DNA from: Thermoproteota archaeon
Lineage (GTDB): Archaea; Thermoproteota; Thermoprotei; Thermofilales; B9-G17
Length of the DNA: 64,000 nt
Direction of reading: 5' to 3'
NCBI GenBank assembly: GCA_029258885.1
Contig: JAPDJW010000002.1
Span: 544,001 to 608,000 of the forward strand
Made by a program: the position numbers and the translations under genes. Positions within the stretch are counted from its first letter, which is position 1. Each line of letters opens with the position of its first letter. The notes under the pieces were generated by a model, which worked only from the letters and a program-made list of their open reading frames with translations, ran no database searches and was not told the origin of the DNA. Positions 18,665 through 28,204 of the stretch are shown here, one piece after another.

Positions 18665-19065
18665 AACACCAAATTGTACTTTTGGCAATTTTACGGCTTA
18701 TAGTCATTGACCCCCTTTATATACGGTTTACTTCTCTTTTTGCGAAAAACTTCTATGATATTTTTATCCAAAAAATATTTGAAAAATAATATTTTAATAT
18801 TTAAATCAATATTCTTAATACTATTCAATAATTATAGTGAATATAATTAAAGATTATTTAACTCAATGATAAAATTATTTTTGAAAAGTGAATAGGGCTT
18901 GCTGCCAAAAATTCGATCTTATATATTTTATCCGTCAAAAATATATAACTAAAAAATTTTTGTATATATACCCCTTTAAATAGGGCTAAACGTAGAATGC
19001 AGTTTTGCTAAAACACCAAAACACATAAATACAAAAAGAGACAAAAAATAAACACAGCCAAAACA
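18665..19065 (+). promoter_or_regulatory. CRISPR leader 2 (second arm of the inverted leader duplication)
   Basis: Reverse complement near-identical to 6141-6310 and 6490-6540, e.g. GTATATATACCCCTTTAAATAGGGCTAAACGTAGAATGCAGTTTTGCTAAAACACC. Confidence 0.85.
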
Positions 19066-20178
19066 GCTACAATAAAACTCTCAAAAAAGAGAATTGAGAG
19101 GCCTTGTGATGTGGAAGTATAGTCGCTTGATGGCATCTGCTCTGCTACAATAAAACTCTCAAAAAAGAGAATTGAGAGGCAATATTGGCTGTGTCGTTGC
19201 CTATAAGATACAATGGGTATATCGCTACAATAAAACTCTCAAAAAAGAGAATTGAGAGAGGCAGTCATATCGTGTTGCCTTCTCCATCCTCTTGGCAAGT
19301 ATCGCTACAATAAAACTCTCAAAAAAGAGAATTGAGAGATTTTTCCACAATATGGTGAATTCACTTGAGTGTTCTGTCTTAGCTACAATAAAACTCTCAA
19401 AAAAGAGAATTGAGAGATATACTCGTCAATTTTCGTTAACGCCTCTGTTAAGTCCTCGCTACAATAAAACTCTCAAAAAAGAGAATTGAGAGATATAATC
19501 TAGTTTCATCTACCTCGCTTTCAAAGAGACCAACGCTACAGAAATACTCTCAAAAAAGAGAATTGAGAGTAGCATTTTGAGTAATTTAACGATTTTATCC
19601 CACTCTTCTGCTACAGAAATACTCTCAAAAAAGAGAATTGAGAGTCTTCATCAGTTACCTTGAATGGCAAGTTCTCTATTCTTACTTGCTACAGAAATAC
19701 TCTCAAAAAAGAGAATTGAGAGAGACATAGTCTTTTACCACAGTAATGTAGCCGTCAATAATGCTACAGAAATACTCTCAAAAAAGAGAATTGAGAGGCA
19801 TGCCTAGTCGTAACCGGCGGCATACTAATTCTCATAAGCGCTACAGAAATACTCTCAAAAAAGAGAATTGAGAGTATAGAAGCGTTTACTTTTCTTTTCT
19901 CCTCATTAAGCTTATTGCTACAGAAATACTCTCAAAAAAGAGAATTGAGAGGATAGGGATTTTAGGTTATTCTAATTCTTTTTTCAATTTCGCTACAGAA
20001 ATACTCTCAAAAAAGAGAATTGAGAGGAATTATGCTCAGTTTTTAGGTATTGCTTAATGACTTTTATGCTACAGAAATACTCTCAAAAAAGAGAATTGAG
20101 AGAGCATGTTAGTGTACATCTCTACAACATCCTTTAATGTCATGCTACAGAAATACTCTCAAAAAAGAGAATTGAGAG
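19066..20178 (+). CRISPR. CRISPR array 2: 15 repeats, 14 spacers, plus a trailing spacer and a GCTACA stub at 20218
   Basis: Repeats 1-6 are GCTACAATAAAACTCTCAAAAAAGAGAATTGAGAG; repeats 7-15 are GCTACAGAAATACTCTCAAAAAAGAGAATTGAGAG, identical to array 1. Confidence 0.98.
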
Positions 20179-20190
20179 ATACTGATGTAG

Positions 20191-20733
20191 AATTCTTTCG
20201 AGGTTCTTTTAAATACTGCTACAATCCTAATAAATGACCTAAGGAGGATTGGAATTAGATTTAAAGATGGCGTTGAGAAGTTTACTGTTCTCTCGGTAGA
20301 GCGAGCGTTTAAGGTAATTAGGGAGGCTTTAAATTCCAGCTTTGAGAAGGCGTTATTTTACACTACCTGGATAAACATGGAGGATCCAGCGGTGCTCGTG
20401 GGTATGATGGAGAATGTGGATGCAGTATTATCGTCGATACTCTATTTAAGGAGTGGACTCCGGAAGGAGGAGCTAAGAAGTATGCTAATTAGGCTCTTCA
20501 AGGTGAAGCCTCACATTATAAAGTATGCTTTGATAGCTCTCCTACAGAGGGAGGTAAGCCGCAGAGGCACTTACGGATATTGCTGGGCTATAGATAGCCT
20601 AAAGATAATTAGAAACGCTATCTCGGGAATGACGGAAGCTGAGAGACATTATCTCGATATAATCTCCGAACTTGCTGCACTCAATAAAAAGAAAAGAAAA
20701 TTCCTAGAACTACTAGATGAACACCTAAAATAG
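20191..20733 (+). CDS. Helical hypothetical protein, possibly 5'-truncated at the array trailer (track start 20377)
   Basis: Frame is open and protein-like from 20191 (ATILINDLRRIGIRFKDGVEKF...), with no ATG before 20377. Confidence 0.45.
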   Translation, partial: NSFEVLLNTATILINDLRRIGIRFKDGVEKFTVLSVERAFKVIREALNSSFEKALFYTTWINMEDPAVLVGMMENVDAVLSSILYLRSGLRKEELRSMLIRLFKVKPHIIKYALIALLQREVSRRGTYGYCWAIDSLKIIRNAISGMTEAERHYLDIISELAALNKKKRKFLELLDEHLK

Positions 20734-20950
20734 GCTAAAACCGCAGTCTCTGTCAAACGCAAATTCTTCAACAGCATGACTTGGCAGCCGTTGACCCCCT
20801 CTACTTTGCCCACATTCCTACTGGCAACTCTACTCTCATATTATCTGTGAAGTTCGTGCTAGTAGGCTTAATTTAAACCTATTGATTAGTGATGCTTCGC
20901 TTATGCTTAAAGGATATATACGGGCCTTAGGTTAAATATGTTAGATAACT

Positions 20951-21124
20951 ATGGTTGGGAAGCCTAAGGTTAGAAGTTTTTCCTCTGGGAGGAAGCGTGG
21001 TTCTAGGGATATTCATAGGATGCTGACGGAGCCTAAGCGCGTTCTACGGGGTATTTATCCTATATGGAAGGCTTCTAAGGGTAGGCTATTTGGCATGTTT
21101 GATAAAATATTTCGGGAGGAGTAA
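20951..21124 (+). CDS. Small basic ORF, 57 aa
   Basis: Manual translation MVGKPKVRSFSSGRKRGSRDIHRML...DKIFREE; TATA-like TTAAATAT upstream; below the track cutoff. Confidence 0.35.
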   Translation: MVGKPKVRSFSSGRKRGSRDIHRMLTEPKRVLRGIYPIWKASKGRLFGMFDKIFREE

Positions 21125-21127
21125 TTA

Positions 21128-22612
21128 TTAAGCTATGTTCCTGTAGAATATTTCGATGAACTTATCGGCTGTCCTTATTAATCTATCCACGTTCCTCTTC
21201 ACGGGTCTTCCAAGCCCATGCTCTAGGTAGAGTAGGTTTCTATGTATAGCGTTTCTATGTAGCTCCCTTATAAGCTTAAGCCCTACGATGTTTTCATCGA
21301 GTGCGAGTAGTAGGGTTAAGGCTTCAAATAGCGATAGCTTCATTTCTCCATCCTCTTCCTTAAGCTTAAGTGGATCTACTACATGTGTTTTCAGGAACCT
21401 GTTTATTTCCCTCGCTTTTTCCTCAAACCTCTCTGCGTGTTCCTCCTTGACTCTATACTTCGAGGTATCTATTTTATGTTTGCGATAGAGTAATATCTGT
21501 ACTATTAATTCAACTATCCTGTAGGCTAATATCAGCTTTAACGCTGGATCCTCGTAGAAGTCAAGCCTCCTCCTAAAGTCCTGGACGAAAGCCTTCAACC
21601 CATCCACGCCGCTTTTTTCAGCTATCCTATCGACGGCCTCCGACACCTTATTTACCCCGCTTAAGTCGGCTTTTATCCTCCTAGATATATCCTTAATATG
21701 TGTTAATACCGTGAATAGCTTCTCCTTTAAGGGATGATGTAGTTTAAATTGGCGCTCTACCTCCTCTAGAAATTCTAAGGCGTTTTCAGCAAGCGTATCA
21801 GCGCCCTCGTAGCTGAATAGAAGCCATTTCCTGATAGCCTCCTTAGAGTTCCTTAAAGCCTCCCTCAAAATTACTTCGCTAGTCCCTCTAGCTATTCTAT
21901 CCATATCCTCCACGTTGAAGTTATTTAACGCCATTAGATAGTCCTCCTGGATTCTCTCATTTATAAACTGTAGGAACATCGGTATCCTCTCTATCCTCCG
22001 ATAGGGTAGCTCGTATCCCCTCATTATTTCCATGAGCTCTTCTCTCTCCAGCTTAAGTCTATGTGCCAGCTCTTCCATGAGCTCGTTATTCCTCGGATGC
22101 ACAGCGAGGTATATTAAGTCTATTCTCCATCCTCTAGCAAGCATTACGTTGTTAGCCAGCTGGCTTAGGTAGGTCGCCATAGACTTTGTTCCACCCGTAA
22201 CATCAAACAGTATCCTTACGTTTTCTCTGCCTGATGATACTAGCTCTATGAAGCTTAAGGCATTGTTCCGAATACCCTCGTAGTTGGTGATACCATCTAT
22301 AGGTGCTATAACTATTCCTTTCTTCCCTCTAACTATCTTATTCCTAATTTCATATGCTATCTTCTCCGTATCCTTAGTTGGCAGTAATAGAGCATGTTCA
22401 TAGTCAAATATAAGTAGGGTATAGGCTATGGGCCAAGGCGTTTTCCCTACGGTTGCAACGACTGCATTATACTTAACACGTAGATCAGATGGTATCTCAG
22501 CCTTCTCAGCTGCAAGGTAGAGAAGCTTAATGTATTTTTCCTTAGCCTCCTCTTCCCTACCATCTCTTAACAGTTTTACAAACTCCTCCAAAAGTGAAAG
22601 CTCCCGCTCCAT
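21128..22612 (-). CDS. CARF-HEPN protein (Csx1/Csm6-like)
   Basis: ATVGKTPWPI, FDVTGGTKSM, C-terminal HRNLLYLEHG (R-X6-H). Confidence 0.78.
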   Translation of the reverse strand: MERELSLLEEFVKLLRDGREEEAKEKYIKLLYLAAEKAEIPSDLRVKYNAVVATVGKTPWPIAYTLLIFDYEHALLLPTKDTEKIAYEIRNKIVRGKKGIVIAPIDGITNYEGIRNNALSFIELVSSGRENVRILFDVTGGTKSMATYLSQLANNVMLARGWRIDLIYLAVHPRNNELMEELAHRLKLEREELMEIMRGYELPYRRIERIPMFLQFINERIQEDYLMALNNFNVEDMDRIARGTSEVILREALRNSKEAIRKWLLFSYEGADTLAENALEFLEEVERQFKLHHPLKEKLFTVLTHIKDISRRIKADLSGVNKVSEAVDRIAEKSGVDGLKAFVQDFRRRLDFYEDPALKLILAYRIVELIVQILLYRKHKIDTSKYRVKEEHAERFEEKAREINRFLKTHVVDPLKLKEEDGEMKLSLFEALTLLLALDENIVGLKLIRELHRNAIHRNLLYLEHGLGRPVKRNVDRLIRTADKFIEIFYRNIA

Positions 22613-22658
22613 TAGATTTTATAATATCCTCATAGTATTTATGCTTCTCCCGATATCC

Positions 22659-24452
22659 TCATGCTTTTACAGTCTTCTCTAAGCCCATCTGCGCAACGTA
22701 TAGCTTATAGTATATGTTCTTCCTCTCCATAAGCTCCATATGGTTTCCTATTTCAACTATTTGCCCGTTTTCAAGCACTATTATCCGATCCGCCGACCTA
22801 GCCAGCGTTAACCTATGTGCTATTATTATAGTCGTCCTATTCTCCATTAATACCTCAAGTGCCTTCCTTACAATAGCTTCCGTCGCGGGATCCACGTTTG
22901 ACATAGCCTCATCTAATATCAGTATCGGCGGATTCTTCAGCAATGCCCTCGCTATGGATATTAGCTGCCTCTGTCCGGCTGACAGCCTCTTGCCGAACTC
23001 GCCTATATCGGTGTCGTATCCCCCGGGTAGGGATTCTATTATCCTGTGTATTCCAAGCCTCCTACATACATCAACTATTTCCTCGTCGCTTGCGTCAGGT
23101 CTACCTATCCTTATATTATCCCTTATAGTTCCAGGGAACAGTATGGTGTCCTGCGGCACGTAGCCTATAAACCTCCTAAGGGATTTCCTGACAATTTTCC
23201 TTAGGTCTATACCATCGACCAGTATTCTCCCTACGTCGGGGTTGTAGAACTTACATATAAGGTATACCAGCGTAGTCTTTCCTGCTCCCGTTGGCCCAAC
23301 TATTGCCAGCTTCTCGCCCGGCTTCACCTCGAAGCTTACGCCCCTTAATACTGGAGTTTTCTTATCGTAGGAGAACCAGACGTCCTCAAACACTATGTGT
23401 CCCTTAACCTCCTCCAGTACTATGGTCTCGCTTTCATCCTTCGTCTCAGGCTCTACGTCCATTATCTCAAATACCCTCTCCAAAGCTACGAGCGCCTCCT
23501 GAATTAGGTTGTACATTGACACCAGCGTGAATATAGGCCTAAAGAACCTCGAGGTGTAGGAGATGAAGGCAAGCAATACCCCTATTGTCGTCCTGCCTCC
23601 AACAACCATCGTTCCACCGTACCATATCACTAGAGCTGAGCCAACGGCCAGTATTACGTCCATGAGCGGTATATACATCGAGAACGTCTTCGTTGCCTCA
23701 ACTCTAGCCTCCAGAGCCTCTGCACTAACCTTCCTGAATTCCCTCAGGCTCTTATCCTCCTTAGCGAAAGCCTGTATCTCCCGCACTCCGGATACGCTCT
23801 CCTGAACCTTAGTAGTAAGCTCTGACGTTTTCTTCCTGACCTCCATGAATACCCTCCTAAATCTAGTGGTGAAGAGGTAGGTTACTGCAACCATGGCTGG
23901 TATTACTAGGAGTGTTACTAGCGTTAGCTCTGCATTTAAAGTGAACATGATTATGAATGAGCCCGCCAGAATGACTGTATCCCCAGCTACCGCCACTATG
24001 CCGCTTACGAAGACATCTCTTACCCTCTCACAGTCGCTCATAACCCTAGCTATTAGATCCCCTACACGAATTTTCGTGAAGAAGCTGTGCGGTAGGGACA
24101 CTATGTGCCTGAAGAGCTTCTCCCGTAGCTCGTAGACGAACTTGCTTCCAATCCACTGATAGTAGAAGGTGTTTATGGAGTCAAACAGCCAAAAGGCTGC
24201 GACGGACGCCAGATATAGTATGGATGCCTTCATCAGCACCTCCATATTCCGTGAGCCTATACCCTCATCTATGGCCAGCTTAATTAGGTAGGGCTGGGCT
24301 AGGCTCACTAGGGAGCTTAAAATAACTATTACTGTAAGTCCAGCTATAATCCACTTATAGGGCGACAGCAAGCTAATGAGTCTCTTCAACAGTACCCTGA
24401 GGGGCATTTTACGCTCGCCCTTAACTGGTTCAGACCATAGTCCTCTATGCAT
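22659..24452 (-). CDS. ABC exporter half-transporter (TMD-NBD), subunit 2
   Basis: Six-TM domain, GPTGAGKT, LSAGQRQ, ILDEA, IAH. Confidence 0.92.
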   Translation of the reverse strand: MHRGLWSEPVKGERKMPLRVLLKRLISLLSPYKWIIAGLTVIVILSSLVSLAQPYLIKLAIDEGIGSRNMEVLMKASILYLASVAAFWLFDSINTFYYQWIGSKFVYELREKLFRHIVSLPHSFFTKIRVGDLIARVMSDCERVRDVFVSGIVAVAGDTVILAGSFIIMFTLNAELTLVTLLVIPAMVAVTYLFTTRFRRVFMEVRKKTSELTTKVQESVSGVREIQAFAKEDKSLREFRKVSAEALEARVEATKTFSMYIPLMDVILAVGSALVIWYGGTMVVGGRTTIGVLLAFISYTSRFFRPIFTLVSMYNLIQEALVALERVFEIMDVEPETKDESETIVLEEVKGHIVFEDVWFSYDKKTPVLRGVSFEVKPGEKLAIVGPTGAGKTTLVYLICKFYNPDVGRILVDGIDLRKIVRKSLRRFIGYVPQDTILFPGTIRDNIRIGRPDASDEEIVDVCRRLGIHRIIESLPGGYDTDIGEFGKRLSAGQRQLISIARALLKNPPILILDEAMSNVDPATEAIVRKALEVLMENRTTIIIAHRLTLARSADRIIVLENGQIVEIGNHMELMERKNIYYKLYVAQMGLEKTVKA

Positions 24453-26254
24453 TATCTCACCCTAATCTCCGCCGTCTCCAGACTTTTAATCATCTCCATG
24501 TAGAGCCTGTAGTAGAGTCCCTTCTTCTCGATAAGTTCCTCGTGCGTGCCCTCTTCCACTATTTCACCGTTGGAGAGCACCACTATTTTATCGGCCAGCT
24601 TCAGTAGCGCTGGCCTACTTGTAATGATGATGGCTGTCTTATCCCTTATCACGTCCCTAAGCATTTCAACAAACTCCTTCTCCGTCTTCGCATCCAGGTT
24701 GGATGTTGGATCATCCAAGACTATGATCCGCGGGTTCACTAGAATGGCTCTAGCTATAGCTATTCTCTGCTTCTGTCCACCCGAGAGCGTTATACCCCTC
24801 TCCCCTACTAGTGTCTCATACCTTTTAGGCAGATTCTCTATGAAGTCGTGGATTCTAGCGACCCTAGCCGCGTGAACTATCTCCTTTCTGGACGCGTTTG
24901 GTCTACCAAGGGCTATGTTCTCCCTTAAAGTCCCCGCAAAGATGTACGGCTCCTGAGGGACTATAGCGATTTGCTTTCTTAAAGACTTCAGCTTTACATC
25001 CCTAATATCAATTCCATCTATAAGTATCCTGCCATCGGTCGGGTCGAAGAACCGTGGAATCATCATTACCAGTAGCGATTTGCCTGAGCCAGTCGGCCCA
25101 ACTATAGCCACCTTCTCGCCGGGCTTTATCTCCAGGTTAATGTTCCTTAGTATCGGTCTATCCTTTTCGAAGCCGAAGCTTACGTTCTCGAACACTATAT
25201 GCCCCCTAATGGGAGGCATGGGCTTCGCGTTAGGCTTTTCAACTACCTCCGGTATAGCTTCTATGAGGTCGAAGACTCTCTTTGCAGCGGTCATTGCCCT
25301 CTGGAAGGATGTTATGAACATTCCTATGAATCGTAGAGGCCACGCGAGCATCGTTAGGTAGCTTATGAACGCCATGAGGCTACCTATAGTGAATCCTCCG
25401 TTTAATACGCTTTGTCCTCCATAGTAGATTATGGATACGGTGGCTACGCCGATTATGAAGGATATGGCTGGAATATAAGTTGCGCGGATCTTAGCCGCCC
25501 TAATGTTGAGCTCTAGGTATCGTCTGTTCTCCCTGGAGAAGTTGCTGATTGAGTGGTCTTCCACGCCTAAGGCCTTTATAGTTATTATTCCTACAAGCGG
25601 ATTGTTCACGGCGGACGTTAGCATGCCATACTGGTTCCTTATCTGCATGAAGAGAGGCCTTATCAGCGTGGAGTACTTGTAGAAGAGTACTATGATTATG
25701 AGGAAGAAGGGCAGCACCATTATGGTTAAGCTAGAGTTTAGTGAGAGCATAGCTGTAAATGCTAGGACTGCAAGTATACATGCATTTAACAGGTTCGTTA
25801 AAGGCCAAGTAAGGAACCTGGATACGACGTCGGTATCGCTTGTTATTCTCGAAATAAGCTGTCCAGTAGGCACTTTCGAGAAGAAGGTGTATGACTGGCG
25901 TTGAATAGCCTTAAACGAATCCACCCTAAGGTCATATACTATCTTCTGGGAAAATAGCGTGCTAATATATCTTCTCACAGAGCTTATACCTGCTGAGGCA
26001 GCAGTTAAACCGACAGAGAGTAGGATAAGGCTTGGCATTAACTCCAGTTGGCCGCCTATAATACATTTATCGATTATATCCTTAGATACGAGGGGGATGA
26101 ATATACTCAGCTGATTCGATATGAATAGGAGAAGCACCGCTCCGAAGAAGTACCTCCACTGTCTAGCTATATAGGGGATAAGCTTCCTAAATATCCTTAT
26201 GCTTTCTCTTCTCGAAATAACTTTAACAGAGCTATCTATACGAGATCCCTCCAA
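24452..26254 (-). CDS. ABC exporter half-transporter (TMD-NBD), subunit 1, degenerate site
   Basis: GPTGSGKS, LSGGQKQ, VLDDP (E to D), H-loop replaced; typical of a heterodimeric exporter pair. Confidence 0.92.
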   Translation of the reverse strand: MEGSRIDSSVKVISRRESIRIFRKLIPYIARQWRYFFGAVLLLFISNQLSIFIPLVSKDIIDKCIIGGQLELMPSLILLSVGLTAASAGISSVRRYISTLFSQKIVYDLRVDSFKAIQRQSYTFFSKVPTGQLISRITSDTDVVSRFLTWPLTNLLNACILAVLAFTAMLSLNSSLTIMVLPFFLIIIVLFYKYSTLIRPLFMQIRNQYGMLTSAVNNPLVGIITIKALGVEDHSISNFSRENRRYLELNIRAAKIRATYIPAISFIIGVATVSIIYYGGQSVLNGGFTIGSLMAFISYLTMLAWPLRFIGMFITSFQRAMTAAKRVFDLIEAIPEVVEKPNAKPMPPIRGHIVFENVSFGFEKDRPILRNINLEIKPGEKVAIVGPTGSGKSLLVMMIPRFFDPTDGRILIDGIDIRDVKLKSLRKQIAIVPQEPYIFAGTLRENIALGRPNASRKEIVHAARVARIHDFIENLPKRYETLVGERGITLSGGQKQRIAIARAILVNPRIIVLDDPTSNLDAKTEKEFVEMLRDVIRDKTAIIITSRPALLKLADKIVVLSNGEIVEEGTHEELIEKKGLYYRLYMEMIKSLETAEIRVR

Positions 26255-26305
26255 CTAGAATTTCCACCAGCTAATATAAGCCTTATTCCTCAACCTAATT
26301 AAAAA

Positions 26306-26668
26306 TTATTCGATGAACGTCAAAACTAGAATTTCATTTCGGATATGTAGCTCTACTACTTTGTCATTAAGGAGAAAGTATATCGAGTAGTGTATAGGGT
26401 CTAGCTTACGAAATAGCCATATGCCTCCCGATTTTAGTAGTCTTTTCTCCATATGAAAGTCCCCATAATACTTTGCTGTTAGGCGACCATTATCTTCCTT
26501 AAGTATTCTTCTAACTATTGTCCTAGTTTCAACGGCCATTAGAAGCTTGTAATAATAGTGCCTTAGTATTGCTCTCAGAGGTGGTAGGCGTTCGCTGTAG
26601 TAGATTTCCACGAGTATATTAACTATACGAACAGGTACGCCTAATATGGATAATAGTATCTCCCACAT
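26306..26668 (-). CDS. Hypothetical protein
   Basis: 120-aa ORF, no recognised motif. Confidence 0.5.
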   Translation of the reverse strand: MWEILLSILGVPVRIVNILVEIYYSERLPPLRAILRHYYYKLLMAVETRTIVRRILKEDNGRLTAKYYGDFHMEKRLLKSGGIWLFRKLDPIHYSIYFLLNDKVVELHIRNEILVLTFIE

Positions 26669-26825
26669 AAATTCCTGTTTTTAAACAGGAATTTATGATT
26701 AAGATGATGACGGTTAGAAAGATAACAGCAATTACGTTGATTAGAAGGAACAGAAAATGCGGCCTTAAGCTGTAAATAATATAAGGCTACTTAATATTTA
26801 TCTTTATGGTGGAGTATATTTATGT

Positions 26826-28202
26826 GTGATTTTTATGTCCCACGTGAGGCTTCTAGTTACGGTCGGCAAAACTCCTGTTCCTATTGAATATACTTTAAGC
26901 AGAATTGCAGGAGAGAATGCTGGAAATATCTACGTTTATGCTATTTTAAGTGAGGAGAGCCAGCAAACTCTTTATAATGTTTTAGCGGAGGCTATAAGGC
27001 GTTACGGTGATAGGTTTAATGTTAAACAGTTTATTGTAGAGGATCCCGAGGATATCGAGGAATGTCTTAGGGTTTGTAGTGAAGCTGTTATGGAGCTTCT
27101 CGACGATGTTAGGGAGAGCGGTGTTCAGGACGTTTCTAGAGAAAATATAGTCGTCAACTATACTGGCGGCACTAAGCCTATGAGTGCTGCTCTTGTTGCG
27201 GTGGTGTTAAATAGGCTACCGCACGCCAATCTCGTCTACATAGGGGGTAAGAGGGATGAGAGGGGTATCGTTGTCTCAGGCTTAGAGAAGGTTGTTCAGG
27301 AGAATGTCCTGCCGATTAGTGCTCTGTTTAAGGCTAAGGAGCACTACGAGAACTTTAACATAAACTATGCGTATATCCTGATTAAGGAGGCCGCCGAGAG
27401 GTATGGTTCCCAGTACTATATGGCTCTCTCAGGCTTTCTCGAGAGTCTCGCGTTAAGGGATATATACGACTTTAAGGAGGCCTGCAACGTATTAAATAGG
27501 TTTAAGAGGCCCTTTAAACTATATACCGATAGAGTTATCTTCCCCGAAGATGTCGTTAAATTCTTCACTAAGGCTTCTGAAAGCGTGGATCTAGTAAATT
27601 CAATATATTATTCGCTTAAGCAACTGCGTCGGTTAAAGGAGGCGAGAAACTCCGAGCAGAGTAAAAGCATTATAAAGCCGTTTAGTAGGAATAGAGGGCT
27701 TGTACGTGGCCTAGAATATTTAATCGCAGAAGTTTTATTGAATATTGAAAGGCGGATATTAACGGGCGAGCTTCTTATCGCATGCGTTTCAACCTACCGG
27801 TTATACGAGTTACTAACTCAATATAGGCTGATTGTAAAGTATGGTCTATCGCCGACCTACGTGGACTGGAGTGAGATACCCAGTGACTTTATAAGGGAAT
27901 ATAACATCGATACTTCTGAAGTTAAGCATCTGAATCTCCAGACATCGTTTAACCTTCTCAACTATTACGGGGACGAGCTTGTTGATGCTCTGGATTCAGA
28001 TCTTCTAAGGAAGCTTCAGTTTGAGAGAAATAATTCGTTAATTGAACATGGCTTCTCGGAGGTGGATAGAGAAGTTGTCGAGAATGCAATTAAGGACATC
28101 AATGGGGCATGTAGAAGAGTGATTAGCGGCTTCGATATAATGCTTGATAAACTTAAGTTTCCCAAGCTAACTGATGAAGTCCTCTTTTGCGTTAGAGCAT
28201 GA
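26826..28202 (+). CDS. CARF-HEPN protein (TIGR02710/Csm6-like)
   Basis: LVTVGKTPVPI, NYTGGTKPMS, GLEKV, C-terminal ERNNSLIEHG (R-X6-H). Confidence 0.82.
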   Translation: MIFMSHVRLLVTVGKTPVPIEYTLSRIAGENAGNIYVYAILSEESQQTLYNVLAEAIRRYGDRFNVKQFIVEDPEDIEECLRVCSEAVMELLDDVRESGVQDVSRENIVVNYTGGTKPMSAALVAVVLNRLPHANLVYIGGKRDERGIVVSGLEKVVQENVLPISALFKAKEHYENFNINYAYILIKEAAERYGSQYYMALSGFLESLALRDIYDFKEACNVLNRFKRPFKLYTDRVIFPEDVVKFFTKASESVDLVNSIYYSLKQLRRLKEARNSEQSKSIIKPFSRNRGLVRGLEYLIAEVLLNIERRILTGELLIACVSTYRLYELLTQYRLIVKYGLSPTYVDWSEIPSDFIREYNIDTSEVKHLNLQTSFNLLNYYGDELVDALDSDLLRKLQFERNNSLIEHGFSEVDREVVENAIKDINGACRRVISGFDIMLDKLKFPKLTDEVLFCVRA

Positions 28203-28204
28203 GA

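Noticed and set aside
6141-19065. Cassette as a casposon or transposon with terminal inverted repeats
   Set aside because: The inverted arms are CRISPR leaders running into arrays; no family B polymerase or TSD; Cas1 is accompanied by Cas2 and Cas4.
2694-20217. Self-targeting spacers matching genes in this window
   Set aside because: None noticed by eye beyond short chance matches; needs a BLASTN to exclude.
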